Shown here piece after piece: positions 24,906-37,225 of a DNA stretch of 64,000 nt (within the stretch, counting starts at the first letter, position 1; the number at the start of each line of letters is the position of its first letter). The notes under the pieces were generated by a model. That model was not told the origin of the DNA. It did no database searches and saw nothing but the letters and a program-made list of their open reading frames with translations. The stretch spans positions 89,096,001-89,160,000 of the forward strand of contig CM052816.1 of NCBI GenBank assembly GCA_028534125.1, given 5' to 3'. The translations under genes and the position numbers were made by a program. The DNA is from Lama glama. Its lineage: Eukaryota.

Positions 24906-26247
24906 ATAACTTGTTATTGATTTTAATGATGCCTCCAAACCACACCACACAGGTAAATATAGAAAAATCACAGGGGAAGCTCAAAGTGACTGAAAAGCAT
25001 CTATTATGAATTCATATATTTAGTTATCACATTGCTTTTTTTTCCATAAGGAATTAAAAATAATATTCAAGATTCTACTGATATGTCACTGTAGCTAGAA
25101 ACACTTCCAAATTTATTAGTGCAAAATTACACATAAATGTAGCACATTTTTTGATGGCCAATATTGTTATAACCTGTTAAAAAACCAAATTTATTTTGAG
25201 AATGTTTATAATTTTACTTAATATTTGCCTGTTAATACTCTGATATTTTCTGGCCTCAGAAAAATCAGAAACCTTTTACTGAACATCTCAAGTATAGCTT
25301 TAATTTCCTTGTTTGCCACATCTATTTACTTATTTTTTGTTGCTATTTCTTGTAAGTATAAAAAATATATTATCATGTTTTGGTTGTTGGACATACTGCT
25401 GGAAAAAAATGAGATCTGTTAGGTTAAACTTACATTCCATAGAGGAGTGTTGACTGTATCCCCATACTTATTGGGAATGTCAGGGGGGGAGGGAGACTGG
25501 CAGAGATTCCACAGCCCAAACCTCTTTGTTAGAATCTGAGAAAGCCCGGAGCCTGAGTCTCTGCATTTTCAAAAATTTCTTCATGTGCTTCAGAATCAAG
25601 GCAGCTAGAGAAATGTATACAGACGCAGGATACAAGCAAAATTAAAATTTATACTATTGTTTGGACTTTCAGAATTTATTCTCAGTTGTTGCAGGTTTTG
25701 TTACAAGATCTATCCTGGCCAGATTTGTCATATTGCTTTTCCAGCATTAATCATCATAATTTTTGCATATTTTATAAAAATACATAAACCTATTTTGAAA
25801 ATGCAATCAATAAAAACAACCCCATTGTGAAGTCTCCTCCAGTGATTTCCATGTAGTTATTTGAATATATTTTGGATAAATGAGTAAATTCATTCAAAGC
25901 ACTATAAGAATTGCCTTTATGATATTTCATATCCTTTTTAAAATCTCAAGATATCTCAATATTGTAACTTCTAATATCTTTCATCTTTTTCTCATAAAAT
26001 TATGAAAATCTAAGCTACTGTTCAAGGCACTTTGCTCATAATCTATTTATTTTAGGAAAATTAAATTTTAAACTACAGTTAAATTATTTATGCTATTTTG
26101 TGTTGAAATTTTTATACCAAATTAATTGCATCTACTTAACATCAACCCCTGGAATAGACTATACGAATGATATATTCTGACGTAAAATTTTATTATATAT
26201 GTTAATTTTTCATTTTTAATGAGCAGAGATACCCAAGAAAGCTTTTA

Positions 26248-26747
26248 NNNNNNNNNNNNNNNNNNNNNNNNNNNNNNNNNNNNNNNNNNNNNNNNNNNNN
26301 NNNNNNNNNNNNNNNNNNNNNNNNNNNNNNNNNNNNNNNNNNNNNNNNNNNNNNNNNNNNNNNNNNNNNNNNNNNNNNNNNNNNNNNNNNNNNNNNNNNN
26401 NNNNNNNNNNNNNNNNNNNNNNNNNNNNNNNNNNNNNNNNNNNNNNNNNNNNNNNNNNNNNNNNNNNNNNNNNNNNNNNNNNNNNNNNNNNNNNNNNNNN
26501 NNNNNNNNNNNNNNNNNNNNNNNNNNNNNNNNNNNNNNNNNNNNNNNNNNNNNNNNNNNNNNNNNNNNNNNNNNNNNNNNNNNNNNNNNNNNNNNNNNNN
26601 NNNNNNNNNNNNNNNNNNNNNNNNNNNNNNNNNNNNNNNNNNNNNNNNNNNNNNNNNNNNNNNNNNNNNNNNNNNNNNNNNNNNNNNNNNNNNNNNNNNN
26701 NNNNNNNNNNNNNNNNNNNNNNNNNNNNNNNNNNNNNNNNNNNNNNN
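26248..26747. other. Assembly gap (500 N)
   Basis: Run of N. Confidence 1.
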
Positions 26748-28189
26748 AGTACTATTACTTAAAGAGGATAGTGTCTATCTTCTATCATCATACCAAACGT
26801 TTTTTTCAAAACCTAGAGATTTTATGGGGCTACACGCCTGCAATGGGTTTTATGATACACTAAATCATGTGTGAGCACTTCGAGTGCATCAAGAAAGAAT
26901 TAATTTCTTTGACTGGTTCCTCCTTCAGCAACTACTGTATTGAAAATAAAGTACAATTCTGAATGCTAAAAAGAAAATGGATTTATACTTTATTGTTTGT
27001 TTTTTATCGCATCCAGCTATTTCAGAAATTACTTTAAAAAAAGACTAAGTACAAATTTAATAATACTTCACCTGAGAGTTTTTCAACAATGACTACAAAT
27101 CATTAAAAGTATATGGAATTCCTTTTAATAACAGTAAAAACTAAATTATTAAGTAAGTTCTGACTGTACACAGTGTTGAAAAATGTTCTATAAATTATTC
27201 ATTGAAATCACTTCATACTGAAGGAAACCCTGGAACAAAATCCCACTAAACAGACTAAACCTTCTTAGTTTTGGATAACTAATGCCCTAAACTGCATTTA
27301 GTGATTTTTAAAGCTTAAAAAAAATGGCACTGCAATTTGTTTGGAGTATCAAAGATTTAAATAGAATATTTAAGAAGCTATTTAAATCCAATTAGAAGTA
27401 TATGTGGAAATGGGACTTTTCACATCTGTAAGGTTGATAGTAAATATTTATTTACTTCGTGATGCTGGCTAATACTTTGCTTCCTAATTGCTTCTCTGTA
27501 TCGAGTCACAGACTCAGAATCAGTTTGAAGAGATGGTGCTTTTCAAACTTTAACAATAGACTATCTAAAAGCAAACGTTTGCTCACTTGAGTGCTACAGT
27601 TCTGTTTTAAATTACTTTGGATTTGGGTTAATAAGACTGCAAACCTTTGTTTCTGACATGTATTCCAGTTAATGTGCAATTTAAAAGCATAATATTTCTC
27701 TCACCTCTTTCAAGGATCCCCTGTCTCTCAATTATAGCATTTTCTATTTTTGTAGTTCATAATGAAAATAGTGCTAAAGTACTTTAAAGTCCCAAGTAGT
27801 AATTTCCCATGTATTATTTGGTATTTAGTATTTCTTATGTAAAACACATATTTCTGGGGAATAGTATTCCCTTAAGGATTTGTACAGTTCCATCAGATCA
27901 TTTTTTCCTATAGTATGTATATATATGTATATATGTATATATACCTTCTGCCATTTTTTTATTTAATTAGTTGAACACAGTCTTAATTGAGTCCAAGCCT
28001 ACTTCTTTTTTAGTTTGCCTTTCTAGGAAATTATTCTCACTAACATATAACTACTGTTATATCTACCATTTTAAAATCCTTTCGTTCTTTCTGTATCCTG
28101 CTCTATTTTTTCTCTTACTCTTTTTTATAGCAGTATTCCTTGAGTTGTTCCTCATTTTTATCTGTACTTTATTTTTTCCTATTCGTTTT

Positions 28190-29530
28190 CAAACAAACAC
28201 CAGTCAGGCCTTCTTTCCAAGAAGTCTAGCAAACTTGCTCTCAGAAAGCACTGTGAAATCCAACAGTCAATTCTTCATCATCATCATCTTTGGCATTTCG
28301 CAGACTTTGGCATACTTGTTGATGCCTCATCCTTGACTTTTTCTTTTTTGCTTTTTCCCTGGGACATTCTCCTCTCACCTCCCTGGATAATTCTCTCAAT
28401 CTCTTTTATATATCCTCCTTAAAATCCAGCTTTATAAATGTTTGGTTTTCTAATACATTTGATATTTATCTCCGACCCAAACACTTCTCCTAACTATGGG
28501 CTCATTTGCACCAACAATTTTAGATTTTTCCACTGGGAGGTCAAAATTACTATCTCTAAAACTTAATTATTTTTCACACCCATGTCCAACAGGCATCTCC
28601 TTGCATTCCTCATCTCAGCAAATGCAGTAGATTTTGTACCAATATATATTTAGCACAATACTGAAATATGATGTTAACATTTTTTATAGCAGTGGATAGA
28701 ATATAAAAGCGAGAAAATATCAAGTCATCATGAATTTCTGTACTTCTTTCAACCCTCGCATTAATTTATTAACAAATTCCATGGACATTATCTTCAAAAT
28801 ATTTTCAGGTTCTGACTGCTTCTTGGCATTGCTACAGCTATCTTCTAAATTCAAGTTACTATAATTTCTACCCTGGACTTTTAAAATAGCTTCCTAACCT
28901 TTCTACCCTCTGCTTAATGGTCTATTATCCCCACAGTAGCCAGAGTGATTCTTTTTAAAATTTAAATAAAATCATATCCTTTCCTTGTTCAGGATAGTCA
29001 GACTCATTCCCATTGTACACATAATTGAATCTAATGTCCATAAGTGGCCTACAGTGGCCTAAACCTCCCCTCTGTCTTGTAATCTCTTTGATCAGCATGT
29101 CCCCTTCCAGCCTCTCTGGCCTCCTCAGGGCCTCATGAAGATAATAAGATGGTTCTACCTCAGGGCCTCACATTTTCTCTTCCTTCTAGCTTAATTTTTC
29201 TTTCCCATGTCACTGGCTCCTTTACTTTTTACGTGTCTCTGATCAAATATCTTCCTTCTCCTTAGGTGAAGTGATCTGGACACCACCATGTAAAAGGCAG
29301 CGTCCTCAGCTAACTCTCACTATTCACTCATCTTTCCTTTATTTTCTTCACGATATCTACAGAACTGTGTTTCTTTATAGCATATTATTATGATTATATA
29401 ATGCTTATGTATTATATACACATGTATGTTATATGTATATATATTTATATATTATGTATTTGTATTTGTAGAATATATTTTTGTTCATCTTACACTATGA
29501 TGTCAGCTCTCTAGTATTAGGTCCTTTCTC
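28190..29530 (+). mobile_element. L2a LINE fragment (~1.3 kb, degraded)
   Basis: 'aaatccaacagtcaattct', 'atttctaccctggacttttaaaatagcttcctaac', 'ccacagtagccagagtgattctttttaaaa', 'ctacctcagggcct' and 'ctatgatgtcagctctcta' are L2 motifs in the expected order. Confidence 0.85.
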
Positions 29531-30759
29531 ACTAATTATCTATTAAGTTAATTAAAAAGTAGTGATTTTCATGATTCCCTCTAGAGAGAAATTAGAGAAA
29601 GGGAGAATTGAGTTGCATACAGCATACACGTTACATGGAAAGTGTGTTCAATAATTGTAAATGCTGCAAAGTATTTTTAGTTTTGAGGAAGATTCTTGAA
29701 CTATAAATGGCATTATGTTTAAACATACCTCAAAGTTGGTTTATACAGGAAGTAATTCAATATCCCTTCTCAAAATGTAATTTACTAATAGGAGCTGTTG
29801 ATATTATTAGGACAGACAAATTAAGTGTCTAATATAAAATAAATCAATCATTTTGATGAGTATAAATACAGTGAAGCCTAGACCTTAAATGATCTGCAGT
29901 AATAAATACTTTAAGTTTCCTATTTTTACATGACCTCAACTTCTTCTTAATATAAAGTGGCCATATCTTAGGCAAAAGGACTATTCCTTGACTTACAATA
30001 CAGTCTTGTCATCATTGCTATCATACATTTGAATTGGAATTCAAAAAACTCATGAAGGCAAATTTGGTCTACCCTGGGAATTACTCACTGTTCCATTTCT
30101 CATGTCTGCTCTTTCTGGTGACACCTGTATGTGACACATGGACAGACATGAATGTGGCACTACTTGAAAAGCACTGAAAAGCCCAATAACCACAAATGGC
30201 CGCGCCGTCGGTAGGTGGGGATGGTGACTTGCATCGTTAGCCAGACACGTTGCGACTCCTTTGAGTTTAAGCAGTGTTTTGTTAAAATCCTTCTTAAAAT
30301 GTCCATAAAGTCTTATCACCTTAACACGAATGAACTAGCTGCTAAATAGGACAATGACAGAGCACAGAACAATACTGAGGTCTGACGTTAAAAACACTTA
30401 CAGTAGGGAGTAGGGTAATTCTGATAGAGAAATCTGGACAGTCCTCCTCACTAGGATCTTGGGTAACCACCGAACACTTTGAAAGAATGAAAAAAGACGG
30501 GAAAAAATTTGCAATGAGTGAATATTAAAATGTCTTTTTTTTTTTTTAACCAGTGAGATAATGTCTGGAGCATGTGACAGAAATAGAGGAGAAACTATTT
30601 CGAGTAGGCTAATCCATCAGTCTCCACTCATGACCTTGGGAGGGCAGGATGAGGAGAGGGAAGAGGGACGGATGCAGACCTGGAAGGCAGCAAGACAGCA
30701 CGAAGGGTGGGATCAGATGAAACAACTCGATTTATTGCTCCACATTTTAACTGCTCATA

Positions 30760-30875
30760 TGCATCCTGTTAAGGGATTTACCTTTCTCTAAACACAGTAC
30801 TCTTCTGAAAAACAGGGATCATGACACTTCCCACTCCTAACTGATTGCTATGTGAATGAATGATACAAAACATTA
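30760..30875 (+). mobile_element. MIR fragment
   Basis: 'tttacctttctctaaacacagt..tcttctgaaaaacagggatcatgacacttccc'. Confidence 0.5.
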
Positions 30876-31539
30876 ATATCAAGAACATCAGTGTTGGCTA
30901 GTATAGAGAAAGGAATTTCAGGAGGATTCAGTGAATTTACTTTCTCATTGTCTCATTATTTCTCAGGTAACCCAAAAACATACTATTTGTTTTATCTATA
31001 AAATGAGGATTATTTTATCTGTGTTAAAGTCACTTCCAAGTTAGAAGTGACTTGGCCAAACAAAAATTCCACAGTTAACATTTGCTATCAATAAAGATTT
31101 AGGCTTTATAAATCAGTTGCGTTCACAGATACTATGTCATTGTCTTCAGACCAACCACTTGGGCCAGTGAGCACAAGTATACAGGTGGCATTAAGAGCTT
31201 GCACCATGACCTGTGCACTTCTCCCATCCCAGGGAAAGATTTATAACCTTAAACCAAAGATAATTCCTATAATTTGAAATGATTGTTTCTCAGCTTCCTG
31301 CTTCTTCCATGACTAGCCAAACTGCCTACACTGTTTATGATTATGTATAAGTTTGAAGGAACAAAAAAAAAATCTCAATTTTCAGACAAAATCTAACAGG
31401 TAAAAATGGCACAGAGTTAGTCAGTCCCAAGCCAGAGTTATACCGCGTGGTATCCCAGACCAGGTTCCCACTCCCAGCCTGCAACTTTGGCTCATGGGTC
31501 TAGGAATTTAGAAGTTATAAGCTTGGTTGTGTTCCAGGC

Positions 31540-31765
31540 ATCTCAGAAAGGTGTAGGAAGAGCTACCACACCCTTTCCTTAAGGTTACCTCCCATGTATT
31601 GCACATACTATTTACACTGCAAAATCATTGCCCAGGAATTTTCATGTGGCTACATCTAGCTTTAAGAGAATATGGGGAATATAATCTGCATGCCTAGGAG
31701 CCATGCATTCAACTAAAAAAAGTAAACAATGGCTACAGGGAGACAATAAGCAATCTGGTGATACC
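31540..31765 (-). mobile_element. ERVL LTR33-like fragment
   Basis: 'cattgcccaggaattttcatgtggctacatctagctttaagagaatatggggaatataatct...agccatgcattcaactaaaa' matches the recalled LTR33 in reverse. Confidence 0.65.
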
Positions 31766-33362
31766 TACCATATGGCCTGATTTCTCATAAGAAAATCTAG
31801 GCAAATTCATTTTACTTAATATTATAGAAAGTGCCAGAATCTGGAGAGTTTGGCCAGTTTCTGAACATTTGAGATAAAAAGAAATTCGATCCTATTTCGA
31901 TTACTTTCTGCGAAACTTATAGGAGAGAGAAAAAAAATGTTATATAGTATTGAGTTACAGGGATAAAGACAGAAATTTCCGTTTTTCTCCTAATTCAGTC
32001 ATGACAGTTTTCAAGGCAGCGGTACCATAACATAAGACTGAGAAGGCATTTTGGAAAGGGTTAACAAGTGAATGTAATGCTTAAATGCTTCATTTCTCTT
32101 TGGCTACATTAATATTCTCAGTTCTGTTTTTGCATAATTAGCATATGAGAACTAAATATGTGGTGAACAGTGCATAATTAGGCCAGTCACACTTCGAATG
32201 TCTACAGGAGGTGAAAAAGATGTCCATAACTATCCGTGTCTATTACAATTATTCACAGGGTGTATCTTAATAAAGAATGTTCTCAAATCAACCTATTTTA
32301 TTCCAATACTTTTTTCAGTCATCCTGTACATTTCAAAAGCCCCTAAGGGCATAAATCATATCTTGACCACCTGTGTGGCCACTGTAACATCTGGTATACT
32401 GATTTACATCTAATAGGCACTTGTGTTACTCTGTTTTTGTTTTTGTTTTTGTTTTAAAGCGATGAGACAGAATCCTGGGCTACAAAAAGCATCTCTTTAA
32501 TATACAAATGACTGTGAAAGTATGCAGTCAAAAACATGTATTAATATTTATAAACTAATCCTTATTATGTATGGGGAATGAGAGTCTGTATGACACTTCT
32601 CTTACTTGGTAACTGACATTTCTCCAAATCTGGCATCAGTCAGGGCACATATGTTTTCACACATGGAGAATAAGCATGGAGTAATTTCAGGGAACTGCTG
32701 TAAATAGTTAAGTTTTAGGGACTTGAATAAATGGCATAGATATGAAAGGTAAATCATTTTGATTTACAATATATTTTTTTAATAAAACTGAACTGGGGAA
32801 GGAGACTCAGTTCTCTTTCGGTTTTACCTCCTCATTTAAAACTGTACTGTGTAGATTCCTGTTACCAGGTCTCAGAATTTAGGAGATTACCGTGCAGAGA
32901 CCTCAACTGATTTATAGGCAAATTGACTTTTGAAGGCTGGCCTGGGAACACAACCACCCATTATTATATTATCACTATGGAGACATTAATTTCTGAGTTC
33001 TGCATGATCCACTTATGAATGCCATACTATAATATATAAACAGGGAACCAGGGACATTTGTACAGTTAATGCCCTACACAGCCACCCCTTGTCCATTGGG
33101 TGAAGAATGTGGAAATCTAGTGTCTGTTCCCTCCCCAAGCTCTGCGTCTTACTGTGGGACTGAGGTAGCAGGAGGAAGAAGAGCTTGTGTGTAATTCCTT
33201 TAAACAGATTTTCTTTTTTGCAATTTCCATAAAGGTAAATAAATGAGAGTTAAGATATAACAGAGACCCAAGGAATAGGGAAAAGGTAATTGATAAAGAA
33301 GCCAAAAGGAAAATCTCAGGTCTCAAAAGAAAGGGCGGGTACGGACTACCGTGGTCCTAAAT

Positions 33363-33592
33363 CAGTGGTCCTCTGCCAGGGAGGATTTTGGTCCCTCCCA
33401 ACCCCCCACCCCAGGGACTTTTCACAATGTCTGTGGCTGTTAACTGATTGTCATGACTGAGGGGCTGCTGCTGGAATTTAGTGACTAAAGGCCAGGAGTG
33501 ATGCTAAACATCCCAGAATGCACAGATGCAGCATCCAACATCAAGTAATTACTCAATTCTAAATGTTAATAGTGCTGAGGTTGAGAAACAGA
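33363..33592 (+). mobile_element. MER20 (hAT-Charlie non-autonomous DNA transposon) with 8-bp TSD
   Basis: Starts CAGTGGT, contains 'ggccagg..atgctaaacatcc', and ends 'aaatgttaatagtgctgaggttgagaaac'. Flanked by TCCTAAAT (33355-33362) and CCCTAAAT (33593-33600). Confidence 0.92.
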
Positions 33593-34510
33593 CCCTAAAT
33601 GAACACACACCCTATTTAAAGAGAGAATAAAATGTTAGGAAGAAATGAAGGTTTCCTGAAAAGAGATTGGCACAGAATCACATTTTATCTGATGTATTAC
33701 TTTTCCTGACAATTAAATATTTTATTATTGCAGCCACTGTTTCACGCTATTCAATGTGATGCCATGTAATGCGTTTTTATGTAAAATTTTAAAATATCTC
33801 TGGTTCCAAAATTTTCCTTCAAAAATAACAAGCTTTATCTGATTTGAAGTCTGCCATTTTTCCAAGATCGCTGCACAAATAAGAAATCTAAATCTCAGGA
33901 GAATTTCCCCTTGATATCTTGTTTCATTCATTATTTATATAGAATTGTTATTGAAAACTCTTCACTGAACTTCTCAAGTTGGAAAGTCACAGAGGGAGCT
34001 GTCCAAAGATTTTCAGTCTCAGTTGTACAGACACAATAAATGTTAAAAACGTGAAGGGATAATTTTAATTATTTCAGTTTGATTCCAAATTTCATTTATC
34101 CTTAGTAAAGGGATATTCCTCGTCCTGAATCAAGAAGCAAGGAAGGAAATCCTAACTGGAGGGAGCATCATCTTGCTTTGGATCAGGGAAGTGTGAGGAG
34201 GGCGCATGTGCCTTGAACTCTGGCTGACCCTGCTCATGACTTCACTCATCCTTACCTGCAGCTGATATCTCGTAAAGGAGCACTCCGCTATTTCTAAGTT
34301 ATCTGTGTTTGTATTTCCAATAAAGCGTAGTATATGTCTTGCTGTTTAAATAGCAAAGGTAGGTGGCATTACAGTTTTATAATCCTCAGTTCTAAATAAT
34401 ACAAATGATCTCTTCCTCAGCATTATCTTGCTTACTTGGGTATGTTCCACAGACTTATTATTCTGCCTCTTTTCATCTGCAAAATGCTGTTTCAAGTGCT
34501 GGCATGTAAC

Positions 34511-34521
34511 TGCTGACTCAT
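34511..34521. promoter_or_regulatory. Consensus NF-E2/MAF/BACH (MARE/ARE-type) motif
   Basis: TGCTGACTCAT in non-repetitive sequence. This is a motif match only. Confidence 0.3.
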
Positions 34522-35149
34522 CAGGAAGGATATGACAGCATTATGCCAGCAGTTAAGAAAGATTTGCTGTTTAAAACAAAATAATGAGTTCCTCCAAATT
34601 TTTTACAGTGCATTTATTTAGACAGTACAGAAGTGCCACTGGCGCTGTCTAACCATCACTCTCACGCTCTCATCTTCCACCTTTCCATATGAACATTATC
34701 CACATTATTTCATCACATAAGCTGAGCGGCTTTAATACCTTTTTTTTTCTTTTTTCAGAGAGGTGAAAGAGAACCACATCATAAAGAATTTAATCATTTC
34801 AAAAAGCAAGTTACATTATTGAGGCATTTAATGAGAGGAAAGAACTGTAGATGAGATGTTAGCAATCTGTGAAACACACCTAATAACATTCAAAATCAAG
34901 TCTCCTAAACCCTAGGTCTGATTTGTCAATTAAATTTTCATACTTGGGTTTCGTAAAGATGAAAAGCGTGACAATACATCAGTAAGAACTAAGCTACACT
35001 GACTCGAAGACATGTTTTATGTCCTAATGGGCTACCATGTAATGATAACTCAATAATATAATGTTATATCATTGTACTATGACACTAGGAGGCAGGCAAG
35101 ACATCTTTAGAAACATTGAAATGTTGATACACTGTTTACAGTTTAGAAG

Positions 35150-35380
35150 AAAGATCATTGGAAAACCCAACATTTAGAATTCAGTTACTAGGGTTCTAAT
35201 ACCAACTTCCCCACTGAGAAGCTTGGGATCATGCACACACTGTGTAGCTTCTCCATTCCTGACTTTCCTTTTTTTTTTTTTTAAATAAAGTTTCCTTTAT
35301 TATAAGTTAAATTAAATAATGAATATATAACACTAGCTTATAGTGTTTTGCTGATAGCAGATGCTGAATAGACAGTGCAG
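35150..35380 (+). mobile_element. MIR SINE
   Basis: 'ttagaattcagttactagggttctaataccaacttccccact...ttaaataatgaatatataacactagc...atagcagatgctgaata'. Confidence 0.6.
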
Positions 35381-36239
35381 AATCTGTGAGTAATGTTGAA
35401 CAGAGACAGACAGGAGGTAATTAAGTGACTTAAGTTACTTCATAGTTGGAAGGTCCTGTTTTCCAGGGGCTACTGAACACTCTCTGGTCTCACAAGAGGG
35501 CAGAATAGCAACTGCTGAACCTGATTTTGGCAAGGAAATGACCATCCATGAGGCCACAAATTTCACAATGACTATTTCCTGGGATTCCCTTTCAGTAATT
35601 CTTACATTTAAGAAACATTTCCTGTAAATGAGCAATAAACAACCTTCCCTAAATGTTTTTGTTCATTGGAGCTAGAAATGGAACCTTTACTTCAGGGTCC
35701 CTTTTATATTTTGGAAGACCACATTCATGCCCATTTTGAAGCTTTTCTCTACATATTTTGAAATTAAACATCTCTAATTCCTTCTTTGTGACAAATTCTA
35801 AAACACCGCGTGCCTGCTTGCTCTCTGATTCAGCTCTTTTCAAACGCAATACACTTTTCAGGGCCCAGGTTTTCAGTTGTTTTATTAAAAGCCCAAGGTC
35901 AGTGCCTTTGTTTCCCTGCGCCTGCGGCTCTTCAGTGCTTTCAGCCTGTGTCTGCTTAGTTCTTGCTTTCATTTGAGTTTGTTATGTTTTGTTTTTGTTT
36001 TTCTGAGCCACACCTCCCTTTTGATGCATATTAAGCTTAATGCCTAGAGACATGTTTAAACAAATCACTTGTGTGCATATTTGGGAATCGTCCTAAAATA
36101 ATGGGATCCCCCTTACGGGGTCTTATCTAGTCATTTAAGTGCTTTGTTTAAGGTATTTCCAACGACTTAAGGAGTTTTGGTTCCTCCTCCTCCTTTTCTT
36201 CCTTTTTTCCTCATTTCGTCTTTCTAAACTATAATTTTA

Positions 36240-36480
36240 AAATTTATTGAGGGTATATTATCTGTCATGGTGAATAGTTTCTCTACATTATTTTATTTAG
36301 TCCTTAACAACCAAGAGACGAAGGTAGTTCCAATTTTCCATTGTGCAAACAAAGAGGTCAATACACAGAAAGGTTGCCACTCTTCCCAGCCCCTGGGCTG
36401 CTTGACTAAAAAGCACACATGTATTTCACCAGGTAGAAAGCTGCGGACCAGCAACTTCTGGGCACAGCCTTTGTCAACAG
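36240..36480 (-). mobile_element. MIR SINE
   Basis: 'aatttattgag...tacattattttatttagtccttaacaaccaagagacgaaggtag...ccaattttcca...aagaggtcaatacacagaaaggtt'. Confidence 0.65.
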
Positions 36481-36864
36481 TTGTGCACTGAGCTTACCGC
36501 ACTTTTTTAGCCTACATTTTCCTATGATATTCGTAATGATTTTATGAATGACTTTGTCAAATGCCTTAGGGACTTTCTAATACACTGTTTTGAGGGTCAT
36601 GTTACTAAATTCTCTTCATCTCTCAAACCTCAACAAAAAATAACTGCAACCATGACAAAGAGAGAGAAAAAAATACTCAACCACAGAACTTTGTCCTGTT
36701 ATAAAGTAAAACAGGAGCAAGAGCAAAGACAATAAATAGTTATTAGGGCGAATTTGGGCGTTTGACAGATCTGAGCTTGGTGCCTGGACCTACCACCACC
36801 ATCAGTGGGTTTTAATATTTCTGTCTCACTTGCTTAAAAAAATTCATGGATACTTGTTGAACCC

Positions 36865-37225
36865 CGTATCAGTCAGGGTTCTCTAGAGAAAAAGAACCAA
36901 CAGGATGTGTATGTATACACACACGTGTCTGTGGATGTGTGTCTGTGTGTGTATATATATGTGCATATGCGTATTATGTACTACTTACATGTAAAGAGGT
37001 TCATTGTAAGACATTGGCTCATATGCTTATGAAGACAGAGAAGGCCAGACCCAGGAGAGCTGATGGGCTAGTTGCAGTCCAAGTCTGAAGGCAGGAGAAG
37101 ACCCATATCCCAGCTCAAGGACAATCAGGCAAAACGTCCATGCAGATACATCCAGAAATAATGTTCAAGTCAATTTCAGGGCATCCTGGCCCAGTCTAAT
37201 TGAAACATACAAATTAACCATCACG
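36865..37225 (-). mobile_element. MLT2B-like ERVL solo LTR with probable 5-bp TSD
   Basis: 'gtatcagtcagggttctctagagaaaaagaaccaacagga' through 'ccagaaataatgtt...ggcccagtc.aattgaaacatacaaattaaccatcac'. Flanked by AACCC (36860-36864) and AACCA (37226-37230). Confidence 0.9.

Noticed and set aside
26219..26863. 214-aa ORF (and the ORFs at 49712-50137)
   Set aside because: Artefacts of translating through N gaps.
30937..30975. Plus-strand pyrimidine tract followed by CAG|GTAACC (recursive-site-like)
   Set aside because: Weak donor match and no downstream exon definition. Such a site is expected by chance in 64 kb of AT-rich DNA.
31027..31053. 10-bp perfect inverted repeat AAGTCACTTC/GAAGTGACTT
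   Set aside because: Too short for a miRNA or MITE, and it lies in MIR-like sequence, so chance or SINE-derived symmetry is likely.
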